A stretch of DNA of 64,000 bases from Acidobacteriota bacterium (GTDB lineage: Bacteria > Acidobacteriota > Vicinamibacteria > Marinacidobacterales > Marinacidobacteraceae), in assembly GCA_009835985.1 (NCBI GenBank), contig VXWI01000113.1, positions 172 through 64,171 of the forward strand, written 5' to 3'. Of the stretch, positions 60,271 to 64,000 are shown one piece after another (position 1 is the stretch's first letter; every line of letters starts with the position of its first letter). The notes below the pieces were generated by a model. That model did no database searches and was not told where the DNA came from. It saw nothing but the letters and a program-made list of their open reading frames with translations. Position numbers and translations under genes: made by a program.

Positions 60271-61986
60271 ATGACGACATGCCCTCCCGGCGGCGCGGCG
60301 CTCGCCGCCGTCCTGCTCGCCGCCTTCGCGGCGTGCGCCGCCCCACCCGAACGAGAACCGGCGGACCTCGTCGTGCGAGGGGGCGCAATCCACACCGCGG
60401 ACGCCCGGAACCCGGTCGCGGAGGCCCTGGCGGTACGGGAAGGCCGGTTCGTTCTCGTCGGGGACGCGCGCGAGGCGGAGCGCTGGATCGGCGAAGCCAC
60501 GGACGTGATCGAACTCGACGGCCGAGCGGTCATTCCGGGACTGATCGACGGACATGTGCACCTGGAGTCGGGGCTCTCCCTGATCCGCGGGGTGGACCTG
60601 ACCGGCATCGCGGACCGGGATGAATGGATGCGCCGCATCGCCGCCCGGGCCGCCGAACTGGGTCCGGGGGCGTGGATCGTGGGCGGACGCTGGGACCACA
60701 CCCTGTCCGGCGGCGAGTTCCCCTCCCTCGAGGAGCTCGATCCCGTGACCCCCGAGAATCCGGTGGTGCTGTCCGACATCGACGGACACACCGCCTGGGC
60801 CAACAGCCTCGCACTCGAGATCGCCGGCGTGGACGCCAACACCCCGGATCCCCCGGGTGGCCGCATCCTCCGCTACGCGTCGGGCGACCCCACCGGAATC
60901 CTCCTGGAGACCGCTGGCGGGCTGGTCGAGGCGCATGTCCCTCCGCTCAGCGGGGACGAGGAGCGCGAGATCATGCGCCAGACGTTCCGGGCCGCCGCCG
61001 GGCTCGGACTCACCGGAGTCCACACGATGGCGGGGCTGGACCGGATTCCGGCCTACGTCGGCTTCGCCGAGGCCGGCGAGTTGCCGCTTCGGGTCTGGTA
61101 CGGCGCTTTCGGCGCCGAGGACCGGGTCGACGAGCTGGCCGGGGCGCGCGATGACGCTCGGAGCGTGTTGGCCACCGTCACCGCGGAGCGGGGTCCGACG
61201 TTCGAGGTCGGCTACGGAAAGTTGATGGCCGACGGGGTGCTGTCAGCCCGGACGGCGGCCCTGCTCGCTCCGTACGCCGACGCTCCCGACGAGTCGGGGT
61301 TCATGGTGACCGAATTCGACGATCTCGCCGCCGCGGTGACCCGGATCCACGCGGCCGGCTTCCCGGTGGCGATCCACGCGATCGGCGACCGCGCGGTGCG
61401 GGTATCCCTCGACGCCTTCGAGCGCGCCGCCGGCCAGGGGCCGCGTCCGGAGCTCGCCGACCGCATCGAGCACATCGAGGTGCTGGACCCGGGCGACGCC
61501 CCGCGATTCGGGGAGCTCGGAGTGCTCGCCTCCTTCAATCCGCACCACTGCATCACCGGGATCGACGTCTACAACACCGACCGTCTGGGAGAGGCCCGGG
61601 CGGCCTGGTCCTTCGCCTGGGGAGCGGCGCGGGACGCGGGGGCCACCCTGGTGTTCGGAAGCGACTGGGCCACCGCGCCGCTCGACCCGCTGCGCCAGCT
61701 CTACGCCGCGACGGTGCGCGAAAAACCCGCCGGCGGGCCGCCGGGCGGGTGGCATCCGGAGCAGCGGGTCCCCTGGCCGGAAGCGCTGACCGCCTACACG
61801 CTCGCGCCCGCGTCCGCCGCTGGCTGGGACCGCGAGATCGGCTCGATCGAGTTGGGGAAGTGGGCCGATTTCGTGGTGCTGAGCGGTCCGGTCCCGGACC
61901 CGCCGGACCGTTCGATTCTCGACCTGCGGGTGGAATCCACCTGGCTGGGCGGGGCGCCCACGTATCAGGCGGCACCGGAGCGCTGA
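60271..61986 (+). CDS. Amidohydrolase-family metallohydrolase (amidohydrolase 3 type), exported
   Basis: 571-aa track ORF. The N-terminal metal motif is VIPGLIDGHVHLESG. AIHAIGDRAV, IEHIEVL and GSDWATAP follow. The N-terminus is signal/lipobox-like (LLAAFAAC). Confidence 0.85.
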   Translation: MTTCPPGGAALAAVLLAAFAACAAPPEREPADLVVRGGAIHTADARNPVAEALAVREGRFVLVGDAREAERWIGEATDVIELDGRAVIPGLIDGHVHLESGLSLIRGVDLTGIADRDEWMRRIAARAAELGPGAWIVGGRWDHTLSGGEFPSLEELDPVTPENPVVLSDIDGHTAWANSLALEIAGVDANTPDPPGGRILRYASGDPTGILLETAGGLVEAHVPPLSGDEEREIMRQTFRAAAGLGLTGVHTMAGLDRIPAYVGFAEAGELPLRVWYGAFGAEDRVDELAGARDDARSVLATVTAERGPTFEVGYGKLMADGVLSARTAALLAPYADAPDESGFMVTEFDDLAAAVTRIHAAGFPVAIHAIGDRAVRVSLDAFERAAGQGPRPELADRIEHIEVLDPGDAPRFGELGVLASFNPHHCITGIDVYNTDRLGEARAAWSFAWGAARDAGATLVFGSDWATAPLDPLRQLYAATVREKPAGGPPGGWHPEQRVPWPEALTAYTLAPASAAGWDREIGSIELGKWADFVVLSGPVPDPPDRSILDLRVESTWLGGAPTYQAAPER

Positions 61987-62004
61987 GCCGGTACGCTTTT
62001 TCCG

Positions 62005-62868
62005 ATGAGCGGAGTCCCAGAGTCCATCGTCTCCGCCGCCTGGCTCCGCGGGCGGCTCGCGGCCCGCGACTCCCGGCTCGTCGTGGTGGATGTCCGTTCG
62101 GACCTCAACGACCCGGACTGGGGGGGCGCCCGGTATCTCGAAGGGCACCTCCCGGGCGCCGTGTTCGCGGATACCGACCGCGACCTCTCCGCGCCGAAGA
62201 CCGGGACCAACGGGCGCCACCCGCTCCCCACGGTGGAGCGCATGGCCGAGGTCTTCGGGCGCCTCGGGATCGGGCCGGACAGCGTGGTCGTCGCCTACGA
62301 CCATGCCTCGGGACTGTTCGCGGCGCGGCTGTGGTGGATGCTGCGCCATCTCGGACACGCCGAGGCCGCCGTGCTGGACGGCGGGATGGATGCCTGGGAG
62401 GTGGCCGGAGGGTCGCTTGTCCCGGGAGAGGAAACCCGCGCGCCCCGACGTTTCGTCCCGAGGCCGGAGGCCGCGATGGCGATCGGCCTGGCCGAAGTCG
62501 AGGCCGGTCTCGCGAGCCGCGCGCACGTGCTTGTGGACGCCCGGGAACCGGTCCGCTGGCGCGGCGAGCACGAACCCATCGACCCGGTGGCCGGACGGAT
62601 CCCGGGGGCCCGCAACCACCTCTGGAAGGAGAGCCTCGGGCCGGACGGCCGCTTCCGCTCGCCGGAAGACCTGCGCGCGAGGCTCGGTGGCCTCACCGCG
62701 GACCGGGCCGGACGCCGCGTCGTGTGCTACTGCGGCTCCGGCCTGAGCGCCGCGCACAACGCACTCGCGCTGGAACTCGCGAGCATCGAGGACGTGGCGG
62801 TGTACTCGGGGTCCTGGTCCGAGTGGTGCGCCGACCCGCGCCGTCCGGTGGAACGGGGAACGCCGTAG
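62005..62868 (+). CDS. sseA: 3-mercaptopyruvate/thiosulfate sulfurtransferase (tandem rhodanese domains)
   Basis: 287-aa track ORF. YLEGHLPGAVF lies in domain 1. The active-site loop is VCYCGSGLSAAH, followed by VYSGSWSEW. Confidence 0.85.
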   Translation: MSGVPESIVSAAWLRGRLAARDSRLVVVDVRSDLNDPDWGGARYLEGHLPGAVFADTDRDLSAPKTGTNGRHPLPTVERMAEVFGRLGIGPDSVVVAYDHASGLFAARLWWMLRHLGHAEAAVLDGGMDAWEVAGGSLVPGEETRAPRRFVPRPEAAMAIGLAEVEAGLASRAHVLVDAREPVRWRGEHEPIDPVAGRIPGARNHLWKESLGPDGRFRSPEDLRARLGGLTADRAGRRVVCYCGSGLSAAHNALALELASIEDVAVYSGSWSEWCADPRRPVERGTP

Positions 62869-62940
62869 CGGCTCCCGCCGGCGTCCACCGTCCGGAGGGA
62901 CGAAACACCGATCCGCCGTTCGGACCGAGTGTCTCGAAGG

Positions 62941-63213
62941 CTAGACGGTCCGGACGTCGACTCCCCGTTCGGTGGTCTCGATCGGGGCCGGACGCGGAAT
63001 CCCGTCAGGCCACTCCGCCGGTTCCGGCCAGTTCTCCGACAGGAAACGAAACGCACGCTCTGCCCGGCGGGTCGTGATCGTCTTGCCGCGGCAGAGCCGG
63101 GCCACGGTTTCCCCGCTCCCGGTCGCATATCGCGAAACGGTGGACACGCTCCGGCCCGTGTGTTCGGCGAAGAGGCCGCATAGCCTGACGAGCTGCCGTG
63201 CCGTGTCATCCAT
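62941..63213 (-). CDS. Small hypothetical protein, prophage/mobile-element-associated type
   Basis: Track ORF 62941-63336, trimmed to ATG 63213 (MDDTARQLVRLCGLFAEHTGRSVSTVSRYATGSGETVARLCRGKTITTRRAERAFRFLSENWPEPAEWPDGIPRP...). From memory it resembles small proteins found beside phage-type regulators. It is divergent from a CI-like repressor. Confidence 0.4.
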   Translation of the reverse strand: MDDTARQLVRLCGLFAEHTGRSVSTVSRYATGSGETVARLCRGKTITTRRAERAFRFLSENWPEPAEWPDGIPRPAPIETTERGVDVRTV

Positions 63214-63357
63214 GGCACGCAAGCATGCCACAGAGGGCACAAAAGCGGCAAGTGGAATCCGGTCGAAAGACCGATCGTCCGTGAGCCGCGCCCGGTCACC
63301 AACCGAGTGGATGCCGACCGTTCGCGACCCCGACACACGACGGAGACTTGGTGTAAT

Positions 63358-64000
63358 GTGACGGATGTGACACTCAACGGAATAGAGAGATTAAGGAACG
63401 CATTTCGCGAGTTGGTGGACGCGGAGGGACTTCGGCCGCTCGCCGCGAGAACGGGGATCCCGGTGGGTCAGATCCGGAGCCTGCTCGACGGGCGGGCGGT
63501 CCGCGTCACGACCATCCAGTCCATGACGGAGGTGCTCGGCGTGCGGCTCATGATCGGCCCCGGAACGGGCGATCTGGCGTCGCACCCCCCGTATCCGGAG
63601 GACGGCCCGGCCGCCCTCCGGGCGCCGGCGAGCGTGACACCGTCAGCGGTGTTTCCGGAGAACTACGGCCGCGCCTTCGCGACGCCGGTCAGCGATGGAG
63701 TCGCCATCGTGAAGGGAATGGCCGATCGGTTGGCAACGGCAGCGCAGTCGTTGCTACAGGTGGTCGCCCGCCCGGAACTCGCGCCAGACGCCGTAGCCCC
63801 GGAGGCCGCGCCGGTCGAGGACCGGCTGGTGATGATCCCTTTCGCCGCCGGAATCCGGGTCGGCGACCCCCACGGGGAACCCGTCTTCCGTGAGACGGCG
63901 GAACTGGCGCTGGGGGTGGCGCGGCAAGCGCTTCCGTCCTGGGCGCGGCCGGATCGCCTGGTATGCATGCGGGCCACTGACGACGCCATGGACGTCACGG
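63358..64000 (+). CDS. CI/LexA-like repressor (N-terminal HTH-like region plus S24-peptidase-like C-terminal domain), partial; runs off the window
   Basis: Not in the ORF track (no stop in the window). Own translation from GTG 63358 gives VTDVTLNGIERLRNAFRELVDAEGLRPLAARTGIPVGQIRSLLDGRAVRVTTIQSMTEVLGVRLMIGP...LVMIPFAAGIRVGDPHGEPVF...RLVCMRATDDAMDVT. The last block aligns by eye with the GDSM-containing strand of S24 repressors. Confidence 0.5.
   Translation, partial: MTDVTLNGIERLRNAFRELVDAEGLRPLAARTGIPVGQIRSLLDGRAVRVTTIQSMTEVLGVRLMIGPGTGDLASHPPYPEDGPAALRAPASVTPSAVFPENYGRAFATPVSDGVAIVKGMADRLATAAQSLLQVVARPELAPDAVAPEAAPVEDRLVMIPFAAGIRVGDPHGEPVFRETAELALGVARQALPSWARPDRLVCMRATDDAMDVT

Noticed and set aside
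63213-63230. Sigma-54 promoter (TGGCAC ... TGC) in TGGCACGCAAGCATGCCA
   Set aside because: The spacing between the GG and GC elements is off by one from the TGGCAC-N5-TTGC consensus, and the TTGC element is not matched. It is better described as a TGGCA-N8-TGCCA dyad, possibly an operator for the adjacent repressor.
1-64000. CRISPR arrays, rRNA or tRNA genes, IS elements/transposases, integrases
   Set aside because: I saw no regularly spaced direct repeats, no cloverleaf-compatible segment of about 75 nt in the few non-coding gaps, and no transposase or integrase motifs in any frame I examined. This was a visual scan only. tRNAscan or Infernal should confirm it.

Overview
Very GC-rich (by eye about two-thirds to 70% G+C, not computed) bacterial chromosomal DNA. 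It is densely packed with about 50 protein genes, mostly housekeeping or accessory metabolism and envelope functions. I recognised no rRNA, tRNA, CRISPR array or transposase. Most long ORFs in the track are antisense 'shadow' ORFs typical of high-GC DNA. Real genes were chosen by recognisable family motifs, signal peptides and start/stop geometry. Many true starts lie well inside the listed ORFs. Two genes that run off the window edges are absent from the track: an S9 peptidase at 1-1995 and a CI/LexA-like repressor at 63358-64000.

Gene content:
- peptidases: S9, oligopeptidase B, penicillin-acylase family
- kynureninase plus a DUF2236 oxygenase
- a full-length Lhr helicase coupled to a galactokinase-like kinase
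- an RND pump pair and a MATE pump
- metallophosphoesterase plus Sfp-type PPTase
- a PQQ dehydrogenase
- a fused membrane/spermidine-synthase protein
- SorAB-type sulfite dehydrogenase
- a split methylmalonyl-CoA mutase large subunit
- family-4 UDG and RNase HII
- two vapBC toxin-antitoxin cassettes
- two multihaem cytochrome c-TPR loci, one with a CRTAC1/FG-GAP protein and an outer-membrane barrel
- an SSS transporter-Ddl operon
- a rhodanese
- what looks like the edge of a prophage-like regulatory module at the 3-prime end

Four-nucleotide start/stop overlaps (ATGA, GTGA, TTGA) are the dominant operon architecture.

Best-supported novelty: a PCYCGC/CYCXC-family membrane-anchored protein is truncated in the ORF track at an in-frame TGA. 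That TGA is most likely selenocysteine (a UxxC motif). A 17-nt hairpin starts exactly 11 nt downstream and has a GGUC-containing apical loop, which is the geometry of the E. coli fdhF SECIS.

Other observations:
- an in-frame TAG splitting a Na/Pi cotransporter
- two genes with coding signal upstream of any canonical start codon
- a 41-nt hairpin/palindrome with tandem G-A mismatches
- an exact 24-nt GC-hairpin repeat in two convergent intergenic regions
- a multi-hairpin leader
- uncharacterised multihaem/CRTAC1 modules

I cannot name one clear-cut new multi-gene system with confidence. Functional ideas are labelled as inference.
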